DNA of 32,000 bases from Candidatus Saccharimonadota bacterium (GCF_025273655.1 NZ_CP045921.1:960001-992000); one strand, 5' to 3'; positions 1 through 7,707 are shown, counted from the first letter of the stretch. A program made the numbers and translations. Notes: a model not told the origin generated them from the sequence alone.

Positions 1-105
1 TGCTACGTCGAACTGGAGTATCTGCCACCACAAGTACGCAAACAAAACCCACCCGACAACGTACAGCCAGGTGGGCAAGGGGAGAAGGCTACTCGCGGAT
101 TTCAT
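1..105 (-). CDS. 5' part of an ORF that runs off the window edge; hydrophobic N-terminus, possibly a membrane protein
   Basis: ATG at 105..103 on the minus strand. The translation MKSASSLLPLPTWLYVVGWVLFAYLWWQILQFDVA stays open to position 1. It starts 22 nt after the stop of ORF 128..319. Too short to identify. Confidence 0.25.
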   Translation of the reverse strand, partial: MKSASSLLPLPTWLYVVGWVLFAYLWWQILQFDVA

Positions 106-127
106 AGCCTCTACTGTAGCATAAGTG

Positions 128-319
128 TTATGCGGCTAGGTCGAGATCGCTCTGAGCAAGTTCGTCGAAGCCCTCGCCTAGCGTCACGTCTTGCATAGCA
201 CTGCTACCGAGTTTTGCCGTCACGAAGTCTAGCCGACGACGAGTTTCTACCCTATCAATATCTACTGTTTCCTGCGCCGGGGTATCAATAGCAATACCTC
301 GCTGTTCGAATTCGAGCAT
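128..319 (-). CDS. hypothetical small acidic protein (63 aa)
   Basis: ATG-initiated ORF from the track. A weak AAGGA lies about 11 nt upstream and an extended -10-like TGCTAATAT lies about 45 nt upstream. No recognisable motif. Confidence 0.4.
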   Translation of the reverse strand: MLEFEQRGIAIDTPAQETVDIDRVETRRRLDFVTAKLGSSAMQDVTLGEGFDELAQSDLDLAA

Positions 320-350
320 GTAGCGTTGTTCCTTTTGTTTGTGTTATGTT

Positions 351-370
351 CTAATATGCTTATATTAGCA
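351..370. promoter_or_regulatory. palindrome CTAATAT-gctt-ATATTAG that forms back-to-back divergent -10-like hexamers
   Basis: The arms at 351..357 and 362..368 are perfect inverted repeats. Read on the minus strand it gives TGcTAATAT, an extended -10 for ORF 128..319. Read on the plus strand it gives TAATAT at 352..357, upstream of the membrane-protein gene. Confidence 0.35.
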
Positions 371-469
371 TAAACATCATAAAATTGCAATACCTTTCGA
401 CCACATTTTTGACTACTGTTGCACGCTTATGCTATAAATAAGCGTGAGGATTACTCAAAACAGACATAT

Positions 470-1198
470 ATGACAGACATCACCGCGCTTTCGATCGTGT
501 GCCTCGCCGCATTGATCCATGCCAGTTTCCAGCTCAGCATCAGCACGCTCACGCTTATGAGTGGCCATGCGCTTGGTAGCGGACGCTCACACACTCGCCT
601 CGTCAGCTTACTTGGTGGCTTCACGGCGGGCGCTGCCACCATGACGACATTGCTCATCTGTACGCTTGGTTTCTTGCTCGGCTACTTACTTAGCGGCGAA
701 CATGTACCTCAGGTACTCTGGGCTGCAGCTTGCGGGCTGCTGTTCGGTGTTGGCGTAGCCGTGTGGCTATTCTATTATCGGCGCGGCAAAGGGACTATAC
801 TATGGCTTCCCCGTCAGACCGCCGAATTCTTAGCCGAACGCAGTAAGAAGACGCACAATGCCGGCGAAGCGTTTGCACTCGGCCTCGCCAGTGTATTCGG
901 CGAACTGCTGTTTATCTCGGCACCGCTGCTTGTATCTGTCCTCGTGCTCCTACCGCTATCACCCGACATGCAGCTGCTTGGTATCGTCCTCTATGTCGTC
1001 ATCTCCATGCTCTCGCTTCTCACTGTGGCGGTACTCGTGAGTGGCGGACACAAACTCAGCACTATCCAACGCTGGCGTGAAACCAACAAAACATTCCTGC
1101 AGTTTGCCGCTGGCACTGCGCTCTTCATCCTTGGTTTTTATCTCTATGTCAACGAAGTGCTCGTGACGCCCGTCATGACGAGTGGTGGCATCTCATGA
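470..1198 (+). CDS. multi-pass integral membrane protein (about 6 TM), family not recognised
   Basis: Long hydrophobic ORF. The track start at 419 is TTG; I prefer the in-frame ATG at 470 (MTDITALSIVCLAAL...), but the start is uncertain. The stop TGA at 1196..1198 overlaps the next gene's ATG. Confidence 0.7.
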   Translation: MTDITALSIVCLAALIHASFQLSISTLTLMSGHALGSGRSHTRLVSLLGGFTAGAATMTTLLICTLGFLLGYLLSGEHVPQVLWAAACGLLFGVGVAVWLFYYRRGKGTILWLPRQTAEFLAERSKKTHNAGEAFALGLASVFGELLFISAPLLVSVLVLLPLSPDMQLLGIVLYVVISMLSLLTVAVLVSGGHKLSTIQRWRETNKTFLQFAAGTALFILGFYLYVNEVLVTPVMTSGGIS

Positions 1199-1488
1199 GC
1201 GGTAGCGGTAAGGCCATCGATATCGTCAAACGTAGTGGCAAGCGCCCTACCGAAGCGTTCGACCGCGGCAAGCTCCATGCAAGCGTCAAAGCCGCCTGCC
1301 TAAGTGTGCGCGATCACGATGGCGCCGCCACCGATACTGCAGACAAGGTCTGCGATGCCGTGCTCATCTGGCTCGACATTCGTCCAGAAGTAACGAGTCA
1401 TGACATCCGTCGCGTCGCCAGCAAGCACTTGATTCGCTACCATCCAGAGGCCGCCTACATCTACGAGCATCATAGGTATACAATATAA
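1195..1488 (+). CDS. stand-alone ATP-cone domain protein (97 aa)
   Basis: IVKRSGKRPTEAFDRGKLHASVKAA...VTSHDIRRVASKHLIRYHPEAAYIYEHHR follows the ATP-cone consensus (vKRdG..e.Fd..Ki..si...eis.e.I...V...L....p..a..Y..yr). There is no Zn ribbon and no other domain. ATGA overlap with the upstream gene. Confidence 0.85.
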   Translation: MSGSGKAIDIVKRSGKRPTEAFDRGKLHASVKAACLSVRDHDGAATDTADKVCDAVLIWLDIRPEVTSHDIRRVASKHLIRYHPEAAYIYEHHRYTI

Positions 1489-1504
1489 ACAGGGGACCAC
1501 TGAT

Positions 1505-2884
1505 ATGGCCAAAAAACCAAAATTTGATTTCGATCTCATCGTCATAGGCACTGGCGCCGGCGGCAGTGCGGCCGCGACTATTGCAGCCCGCGAAGGCCTG
1601 CGCGTAGCCGTAGTGGAGGCAGATACATTCGGTGGTGACTCACCCAACTGGAGTGACGTGCCTACCAAGGCGCTTCTCCATGCCGCCCAGCTCTACGACG
1701 AGGCTCGCCACGGCGCTCGCTTCGGTCTGCGCTCGAGCGCTATGAGCTACAATTATCCTAGCATTCGTGCCTGGAAAGAACTTGCAGTGCGCCGCACCGG
1801 CGCCGGCGGCAACCGTAAGTACTATGAAAACGAAGGTATCGCCACCTTCCATGGTCAAGCACATTTCCTCTCACCCAACGAGATTAGCGTGAGCCGTCGC
1901 CACATTTCCGCCGAGCACTTCTTGGTGGCTACCGGCTCCGAGTGGACACTACCAGATATCCAGGGCCTCGACCTCGTCAATTACCTGACACCCCGCACTA
2001 TTCTGGAGGCAATTCGCCCGCCCAAAACACTCTATATCATTGGCGGTGGATCCATCGGCGTCGAGATCGCACAGCTCATGGCTATCTTTGGTACCAAGGT
2101 CTATATCGCAGATATCGCTGGCCGTTTGCTTCCCCACGAGGACGAAGATGTCGGCAAACTCATGGAACATCTGCTGAGTACCCAAAAAGGTACGACAGTA
2201 CTTACCCAGACGCGCACCCTGGCAGTTGAAAAAGAAAACATTGCCAAACGCGTCACTTACACTCGCGGTGGCGTAGAGCACAGTGTACGCGTAGATGAAG
2301 TGTTGGTGGCAGCTGGTCGCATGCCGGCAGTGGACCTAGGACTCGAAAATGCCGGTGTCGTGTATACCCCAAAGGGGATTGACGTCAACGAGCACCTCCA
2401 GACAAGTGCCAAGCATATCTACGCCGCTGGCGACGTACTGGGTCGCAGCAACAGCTTTACCCACACCGCCCTGCTTGAGAGCCGTATCGCTGCGCATAAC
2501 ATCCTGCACAAAAACAAAGCCACCCCAGACTACACCGCAAGTCCTCGCCTCACCTTTACCTTCCCGGGTATCGCCTCGGTTGGGTTGGGTGAAAATGAGT
2601 GCCTCAAACGCGATCTGCAGGTCAAAGTAGGTATCAGCCCACTCAATATCATTGCCCGTAGCAACACAAGTGACTTCCGTGATGGTTTCGTCAAAATTAT
2701 CGCCGACAAAAAAGGCACGATCATCGGTGCTACCGTCGTGGCACCACACGCCGCCGAGATCATCCACGAACTCGCGCTTGCAGTACGCTATGAACTTACC
2801 GCAGCCGAAGTCGCCAACACTCCTCATGCGTTCCTGAGTTGGAGCGAAGCGGTTCGAGTAGCGGCGTCGCGTATCCGCGTATAG
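1505..2884 (+). CDS. class-I pyridine nucleotide-disulfide oxidoreductase family flavoprotein (Lpd/SthA-like) lacking the CxxxxC redox disulfide
   Basis: FAD fingerprint VIGTGAGGSAAA, a second Rossmann fold IIGGGSIGVEIAQ, the AAGD motif and a C-terminal dimerisation region with ...TPHAF.SWSE. Where the family has GGxCLNxGCxPSKALL, this protein reads GGDSPNWSDVPTKALL. Confidence 0.85.
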   Translation: MAKKPKFDFDLIVIGTGAGGSAAATIAAREGLRVAVVEADTFGGDSPNWSDVPTKALLHAAQLYDEARHGARFGLRSSAMSYNYPSIRAWKELAVRRTGAGGNRKYYENEGIATFHGQAHFLSPNEISVSRRHISAEHFLVATGSEWTLPDIQGLDLVNYLTPRTILEAIRPPKTLYIIGGGSIGVEIAQLMAIFGTKVYIADIAGRLLPHEDEDVGKLMEHLLSTQKGTTVLTQTRTLAVEKENIAKRVTYTRGGVEHSVRVDEVLVAAGRMPAVDLGLENAGVVYTPKGIDVNEHLQTSAKHIYAAGDVLGRSNSFTHTALLESRIAAHNILHKNKATPDYTASPRLTFTFPGIASVGLGENECLKRDLQVKVGISPLNIIARSNTSDFRDGFVKIIADKKGTIIGATVVAPHAAEIIHELALAVRYELTAAEVANTPHAFLSWSEAVRVAASRIRV

Positions 2885-2901
2885 CCAGAAAGGAGGCAGA
2901 C

Positions 2902-3807
2902 TTGGCTCATATTTATCCATATACCTATTTTGGCAACCAACTTGTTAGCCACGCAGACGCCAAACTGTCCGTTGCCAGCTCTGCCGTTCTCTATGGACTC
3001 AGTGTGTACACTGTATTTCATGTTACCGTACATAACGGCCGATACCTCGCATTTCGCCTTGAAGATCACTACAGACGCCTTGTACACTCGTGCAATATTA
3101 TCGGCATCGACACATTTAGTGAAGACTGGCCATACGAAGCGTTTCGAAGTGCCATGACTAAGCTACTACACAAAAACATCCCTACCGGAAACGTCTTCGT
3201 GCGTGCGTCATTTCATATCGATACCGAGCTGCCCGGCACTCGCTCACGCGGACTCGCGGCAGTCTTGAGTGCATTCGTTTACGATGCTGACCCTATTTTG
3301 CCGACCGACAACATAAAACTCGGCGTGAGTTCATGGCGCAGAACACCAGACATCTCTATCCCCGCTCGTGCAAAGGTAAACGGAGGATATGTAAACTCGG
3401 TACTCGCTCGTCAAGCTGCGCTAGACCAGGGATATGATGACGCAATTTTTCTCGACGAGAACGGGCATGTTACCGAACTCAGCGCCGCAAATATCTTTAT
3501 CGTCCGAGACGGCACTCTCATCACACCTGGACAAAGTGCTGATATACTCGAGGGTATCAACCGCCGCACGATTATCGAACTAGCTACGCAGGAAGGTATT
3601 AGTACGCAAGAGCGTCCCCTCGACAGAACCGAGTTATATATCGCCAACGAAATATTCGTAACAGGCACCAGTGCGTTTATCGCCCAGGTCGAGTCGGTCG
3701 ATGGACGGCCCATCGGTCCCGCACACCCCATTACCGACAGACTACGTCCGCTCTACCAGTCCGCTCTGACCAACCCCGACAGTGTCTATCTGGATGAATT
3801 ATTGTAG
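2902..3807 (+). CDS. class IV (fold-type IV) PLP aminotransferase, either branched-chain or D-amino-acid type
   Basis: ARAKVNGGYVNSVLARQAALDQGYDDAIFLDENGHVTELSAANIFIVRDGTLITP and EIFVTGTSAFIAQVESVDGRPIG align to IlvE/Dat motifs, including the catalytic Lys. I set the start to TTG 2902, 5 nt after AGGAGG (2891..2896). The track start at 2839 would overlap the previous gene. Confidence 0.85.
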   Translation: MAHIYPYTYFGNQLVSHADAKLSVASSAVLYGLSVYTVFHVTVHNGRYLAFRLEDHYRRLVHSCNIIGIDTFSEDWPYEAFRSAMTKLLHKNIPTGNVFVRASFHIDTELPGTRSRGLAAVLSAFVYDADPILPTDNIKLGVSSWRRTPDISIPARAKVNGGYVNSVLARQAALDQGYDDAIFLDENGHVTELSAANIFIVRDGTLITPGQSADILEGINRRTIIELATQEGISTQERPLDRTELYIANEIFVTGTSAFIAQVESVDGRPIGPAHPITDRLRPLYQSALTNPDSVYLDELL

Positions 3808-3812
3808 AGGAG

Positions 3813-3841
3813 TTGCAGATAAGCTGGTTTTTTGATATGAT
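3813..3841 (+). promoter_or_regulatory. sigma70-type promoter for the initiator tRNA
   Basis: TTGCAG (3813..3818), a 17-nt spacer, then TGaTATGAT (-10 at 3836..3841). The tRNA starts at 3853. Confidence 0.5.
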
Positions 3842-3852
3842 AGGATTCGTAT

Positions 3853-3929
<77 letters not shown>

Positions 3930-3931
3930 AG

Positions 3932-3962
3932 AAAAAAGACAGTCACGTAGACTGTCTTTTTT
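3932..3962. terminator. bidirectional intrinsic terminator
   Basis: AAAAAA-GACAGTC-acgta-GACTGTC-TTTTTT lies between the plus-strand tRNA and the stop of the convergent 977-aa gene at 3966. Confidence 0.75.
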
Positions 3963-3965
3963 CTT

Positions 3966-6899
3966 TTACCTCTTTCCTATCTTAGTCAATCGCCACACTA
4001 CAAATATAATCAGCAATATACCGAGGAAAAGCGGGGCAAGGAACGTGTAGTCACGTAGGAAGTACAGCACCGCCAGCACCACGGAGATGACACCCCACCA
4101 CATCGCCCACGCTTTGCGTAGTACAGCTCCGGCGATCAGCACCACCAGATGCTCCACCAGGAATAGCATCGGATAGCCCGGCTCTCCCATGAACGCATAA
4201 ATACCAGTCGAACCTGTCACTAAGCTCAGTGCCACGATAGCCCGTGGCTTGTAATTATCGCTGCGCCACCACGCCATGAGCGCAATCGTGACAGCCCACC
4301 AGTGTCCGTACACCACCAGATTCGTCTCTGGGATGAGCACCGACACCATGCGCTGCACGGCAAATGTACCGACATATACCGCCGTCTCCATATGATCTCG
4401 TTTGCCTTCCAAATAGCCTTGGATCGCAAACGCCACTGCGCCGACAAAGAGTGAGCCGACTGCAGCCAGCACGAACTCTATCTCTGTAGCAAAAAGACCT
4501 GCAAATGTGCTGAAACCCAACGCAACGAATACTGATAGCAGCGATACCCATTGCCGCCAGCTATCCTTGTGATCATGCATAAACCAATACACCAGGTAGA
4601 ACACCGCTGCAGCGACCCACATAGTACCATGCACTTGCCAGTTTGGATCAAACTCAAGCCAATACCACAATGCACTCAGCATGCCGACAAATACGAGATT
4701 GCCCACCACCAGTAGAGCTGGTAGCTTCTCGAGACATGAGCCTATCCACAGCACAGCCGTCAACACCGCAAGTGCAAGCGTAAACCAACCCATGCCAGCC
4801 TGCCAGGCCGTCACCAGCGCCAGTACCGGATAGCCGAAGTAGACGAGCTGCCCCAGCTGCTGCAATACCGAACCTGGTGTGCGCACGATTTGACGCAGCG
4901 CCAAACCAGCTAGACCCGCCGCCAGCAACACGAGTGTTGCCGCTCGTGTCACGACAAGCTCAGAACCTATGACGGTAAAGACCAGACTGGCTAGCACCGC
5001 AGCACCAGTACAGGCGAGAAGATTGCGGCGCTCATTCTCTCGGTTGAAGTGATGTATCCAGGCACCCACAGCTAGAAGCGCTGCGCTAATAGTCGCCGCC
5101 ACAAACAGTTGCCATTCGCTCCCTATCGATGACTCATATACCCATGCAGCGACAGATATGATTCCGAAAAATGCACCCATCAACTCTACAACCACCGCTC
5201 GGAGTAAATACGACAGCGTCACAAATAGTCCGGCTGTCAGAAGTGTTGTCCAACCGATCGTCACCCCTTCGTACGACAGCGCGCCACTCATTGACACTAG
5301 AAGTGCGTATACCGCAACCGACGCAGTGAGCATAGTTTGCACGCTCACTGATTTGCCGATCGCCCGCACTCGCTCAAGCCCCATGAGTGCAAACAGCGCC
5401 AGTATAGTAAATCCACCCGCCAACACCTCATACGACAACGCCGGATCCACAACAAATCGGCCAAGCACATAGGGGAGTAGTGCAGATGCAGCCAGTCCGA
5501 TATACGCCCAGCCCGCCTCGCGAAGTCTTAGTGTCGCGCCAAGTGCCGTGAGCCCGATTACCGTCAGTGCGCCGGCCGTCCAGCGCGTCGCATGAGTATC
5601 GGTCACCCACCAGCACATACTGGAGAGCATCAGCGCAAACGAACCAATCAAAAATACTCGCTCAAGTTGCGCGGCCTGCTCGTCACCATGAGGTCGGACT
5701 CGCAGCAGACTATAGGTCGCCTGCCCAGCAGCCAGGCCAAGCATCCATGCGCCAAACCATGTTGCAGCTCCCTCGACGCCCCTAGTCACACCAGTGATGT
5801 CGGCGGCTATGATCAGTAATGTGATATGCGCGAGGACTCGTACGATCATCTCATAAAGCAGCTCACGCTTTTCGAGCCACACTACCAGATAGTGTGCCGT
5901 CGCCACACCATAGAGTACTTCATACATATACAGATCCATCTCACTCGCCACCAGTAGGCTGGCTACCAACGCGACCGGTGTCGTCAATTGCCCTGTCTGT
6001 TCTACTGGCCGCGCAAAGATATCCGGTAGCAGCTTCGGCCACAAAATATGCAAGCTGTTGCACAGCAGCGACACGCCGATCGTGACAATGAAGTACCATA
6101 CGAGTGACAAACTTAGTGTCGACACAGCAGACAACGCAAGTGACAGTACAAAAGCCATCGTGAGATACGATACCAGTTCGCTCTGGAGACGCATCGCCGC
6201 ATATGCGTACGCCCCTAATCCTACCAGCGACGTAATCAGCCAAGCCATCTCGCCCGACAGCCCACCTAGCGATGTCAGTGCGAATCCGATGAACGGTAGT
6301 ATGGCAAGCCCTGTGCCTACGAATGCCACCGCAGCTGGACGTAGGCGCTCAGAATTGCGATACAACACTAGTCCACTAATGTAGAAGGCTGCTGTGACAA
6401 AAATGAGCGAGAAGAGCTTCACTCCTGCAGGCATCACCAGCGTCACAAACAGTGCTGCTGCTGCCACAATGAGGAAGCTCGCCACATACAAGAGAATGTT
6501 GAGATTTTGCAACGTCTCTTTTTGTTTGCGTGCTGCCACATCCGCTTCGCTCAGCACCGGCTGCGAGGCCGCGACAGATGCCGCTACTGGTTGTGTGGCA
6601 TACTCACCATCATATTCATCGACCCCCTCCGGGATGATACCGAGCTCTTCTCGGCGCTCCGTCCGTCCTGCCTCATCACGGCCTACCCCATTTCCTTCGT
6701 CAACTAGTTGCTGCAAGCTATTCTTGCTAAGTGTATTGCTATGCAGTAGCTCAGACACTTTGTCACCAAATGCCCGATACCCGTCCCAGTAACCTTGTCC
6801 GTAATCAGCACTTTGCTGTGTGCCTTTTGACTTCGAACGCGCACTTAGCCATAAGCAGAAAAATATCAGCGCCAGCACAAACCACAAAAAACTCACCAA
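3966..6899 (-). CDS. very large polytopic membrane protein (about 977 aa, about 25 or more TM helices), family not recognised
   Basis: One uninterrupted ORF. It has an N-terminal TM helix, then about 110 aa of hydrophilic, acidic linker, then continuous hydrophobic helices to the C-terminus. The start is TTG 6899 or GTG 6896, behind GGGGGA. No catalytic motif recognised. Confidence 0.85.
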   Translation of the reverse strand: MVSFLWFVLALIFFCLWLSARSKSKGTQQSADYGQGYWDGYRAFGDKVSELLHSNTLSKNSLQQLVDEGNGVGRDEAGRTERREELGIIPEGVDEYDGEYATQPVAASVAASQPVLSEADVAARKQKETLQNLNILLYVASFLIVAAAALFVTLVMPAGVKLFSLIFVTAAFYISGLVLYRNSERLRPAAVAFVGTGLAILPFIGFALTSLGGLSGEMAWLITSLVGLGAYAYAAMRLQSELVSYLTMAFVLSLALSAVSTLSLSLVWYFIVTIGVSLLCNSLHILWPKLLPDIFARPVEQTGQLTTPVALVASLLVASEMDLYMYEVLYGVATAHYLVVWLEKRELLYEMIVRVLAHITLLIIAADITGVTRGVEGAATWFGAWMLGLAAGQATYSLLRVRPHGDEQAAQLERVFLIGSFALMLSSMCWWVTDTHATRWTAGALTVIGLTALGATLRLREAGWAYIGLAASALLPYVLGRFVVDPALSYEVLAGGFTILALFALMGLERVRAIGKSVSVQTMLTASVAVYALLVSMSGALSYEGVTIGWTTLLTAGLFVTLSYLLRAVVVELMGAFFGIISVAAWVYESSIGSEWQLFVAATISAALLAVGAWIHHFNRENERRNLLACTGAAVLASLVFTVIGSELVVTRAATLVLLAAGLAGLALRQIVRTPGSVLQQLGQLVYFGYPVLALVTAWQAGMGWFTLALAVLTAVLWIGSCLEKLPALLVVGNLVFVGMLSALWYWLEFDPNWQVHGTMWVAAAVFYLVYWFMHDHKDSWRQWVSLLSVFVALGFSTFAGLFATEIEFVLAAVGSLFVGAVAFAIQGYLEGKRDHMETAVYVGTFAVQRMVSVLIPETNLVVYGHWWAVTIALMAWWRSDNYKPRAIVALSLVTGSTGIYAFMGEPGYPMLFLVEHLVVLIAGAVLRKAWAMWWGVISVVLAVLYFLRDYTFLAPLFLGILLIIFVVWRLTKIGKR

Positions 6900-6955
6900 T
6901 TATCCCCCGTTTCGTTTACGCTTATCTTAGCGTATTTTCAGTCCACTGGCTAGAC

Positions 6956-7390
6956 TTACTCGCTGCGAACATTACCGCCAAAGAGGAAGTTACCCCACTG
7001 GCTCAGGTTGCTCGGTTTGGGTGATTCGATGGTCTTGCCTGCGTCTGCTCTATCAGAGTCGGCCGCAGCAGACGAATTTGCTGGCAGCACAAGCACCTTC
7101 TCGCCAGGGTCTCCATAACCCAGGCGCTCCCGCACGGCCAATTTCTTGTACTCCTCGCTCTGCAGATAGCGCTGCTCGTACTCGAGTGTCTTTGCCTCTA
7201 AATCGGCTACTTCGGCTTGGCGCGTCTTGTCTTCGACGACCTTGCGTAGCTCATAGTTCTTTTGCATAGCCTGCACCGATCCCCAGATAAACCATACTAT
7301 CGCAATACCCACTAGTACCACTGTCAAAATCTCTCGCGTAGGGTAGCGGTAGCGAACATGGTAGATGAAGCGGCGTAGAGAAGTATTCAT
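6956..7390 (-). CDS. septum formation initiator family protein (FtsB/DivIC-like)
   Basis: A single N-terminal TM (ILTVVLVGIAIVWFIWG) is followed by a coiled coil and the family-typical ...YLQSEEYKKLAVRERLGYGDPGEKVLVLP. Confidence 0.75.
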   Translation of the reverse strand: MNTSLRRFIYHVRYRYPTREILTVVLVGIAIVWFIWGSVQAMQKNYELRKVVEDKTRQAEVADLEAKTLEYEQRYLQSEEYKKLAVRERLGYGDPGEKVLVLPANSSAAADSDRADAGKTIESPKPSNLSQWGNFLFGGNVRSE

Positions 7391-7434
7391 AAGCGTTTAC
7401 AGATGTCATTATAGCCTAAAACCCACAGCTGCGC

Positions 7435-7440
7435 TATAAT
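7435..7440 (+). promoter_or_regulatory. -10 box (TATAAT) for the second tRNA
   Basis: Consensus TATAAT 12 nt upstream of the tRNA 5' end. The -35 is poor. Confidence 0.35.
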
Positions 7441-7452
7441 ATAGCAAGCTGT

Positions 7453-7528
7453 GGGGGCGTAGCTCATCGGTTAGAGCAGGCGGCTCATAACCACTTGGTA
7501 GTTGGTTCGATTCCAACCGCCCCCACCA
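7453..7528 (+). tRNA. tRNA with a CAT anticodon: elongator Met or, more likely, Ile2 (lysidine-modified)
   Basis: GGGGGCG TA GCTC ATCGGTTA GAGC A GGCGG CTCATAA CCACT TGGTA GTTGG TTCGATT CCAAC CGCCCCC A CCA is a clean cloverleaf. The anticodon arm and variable region (GAGCAGGCG.CTCATAA...CTTGGT) resemble, as I recall them, tRNA-Ile2(CAU) rather than elongator tRNA-Met. There is one C-A mismatch in the anticodon stem. Confidence 0.9.
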
Positions 7529-7707
7529 GAGTGTTCTGACTCGAACCGATGCCCGAAAGGATGTCGGCGAGGGATAGGGCTAGATCAAAAGAAAACGAGT
7601 CGTCACCTATAGCTACCGAGGCCTCCGCAAGGGGGTCTCGGTGCGTATCGAACTCTGCGCGGCCACCTTGTAATGTCGGCTGTTGCGGGTTGGCGAAGTG
7701 ACCCGGC
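7529..7707. ncRNA. candidate structured non-coding RNA or structured UTR of unknown class
   Basis: A 180-nt gap between the convergent tRNA (+) and a minus-strand CDS. It is visibly GC-rich, unlike the AT-rich spacers elsewhere. Hairpin 1 spans 7540..7571 with a GAAA tetraloop at 7555..7558. Hairpin 2 spans 7615..7642, is 12 bp long and has a GCAA tetraloop at 7627..7630. The octamer ATGTCGGC repeats at 7561..7568 and 7673..7680. Neither hairpin is followed by a U-run, so they are not simple terminators. I could not match SRP, 6S, tmRNA or RNase P signatures. Confidence 0.3.

Noticed and set aside
2839-2901. The track start (ATG 2839) for the aminotransferase.
   Set aside because: It would overlap the preceding gene by 46 nt and add a Ser/Gly/Arg-rich peptide. 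An AGGAGG 5 nt upstream of TTG 2902, just after the previous stop, is the better start.
5158-6792. Several plus-strand ORFs (63-132 aa) opposite the 977-aa membrane-protein gene.
   Set aside because: These are antisense shadows of a continuous 2.9-kb ORF. Their products are Ser/Thr/Ala/Pro-rich nonsense-like sequences with no translation signals.
7549-7701. A 50-codon plus-strand ORF ending in a Cys-rich tail (…SRCVSNSARPPCNVGCCGLAK), considered as a RiPP precursor.
   Set aside because: It has no SD or promoter-proximal start. It runs straight through the two GNRA hairpins, so RNA structure explains the sequence better. No radical-SAM, LanB/C/M, YcaO or peptidase/exporter genes are nearby. 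It is worth only a quick check if a modification enzyme turns up elsewhere.
7529-7707. Identification of the structured region as SRP RNA, 6S RNA, tmRNA or RNase P RNA.
   Set aside because: The SRP helix-8 AGCA/GGAA pattern is absent. There is no 6S-like closing stem pairing the two ends and no tRNA-like tmRNA terminus. It is too short for RNase P, and the partial ACCCGGC similarity would be in the wrong position. It is kept only as an unclassified candidate.
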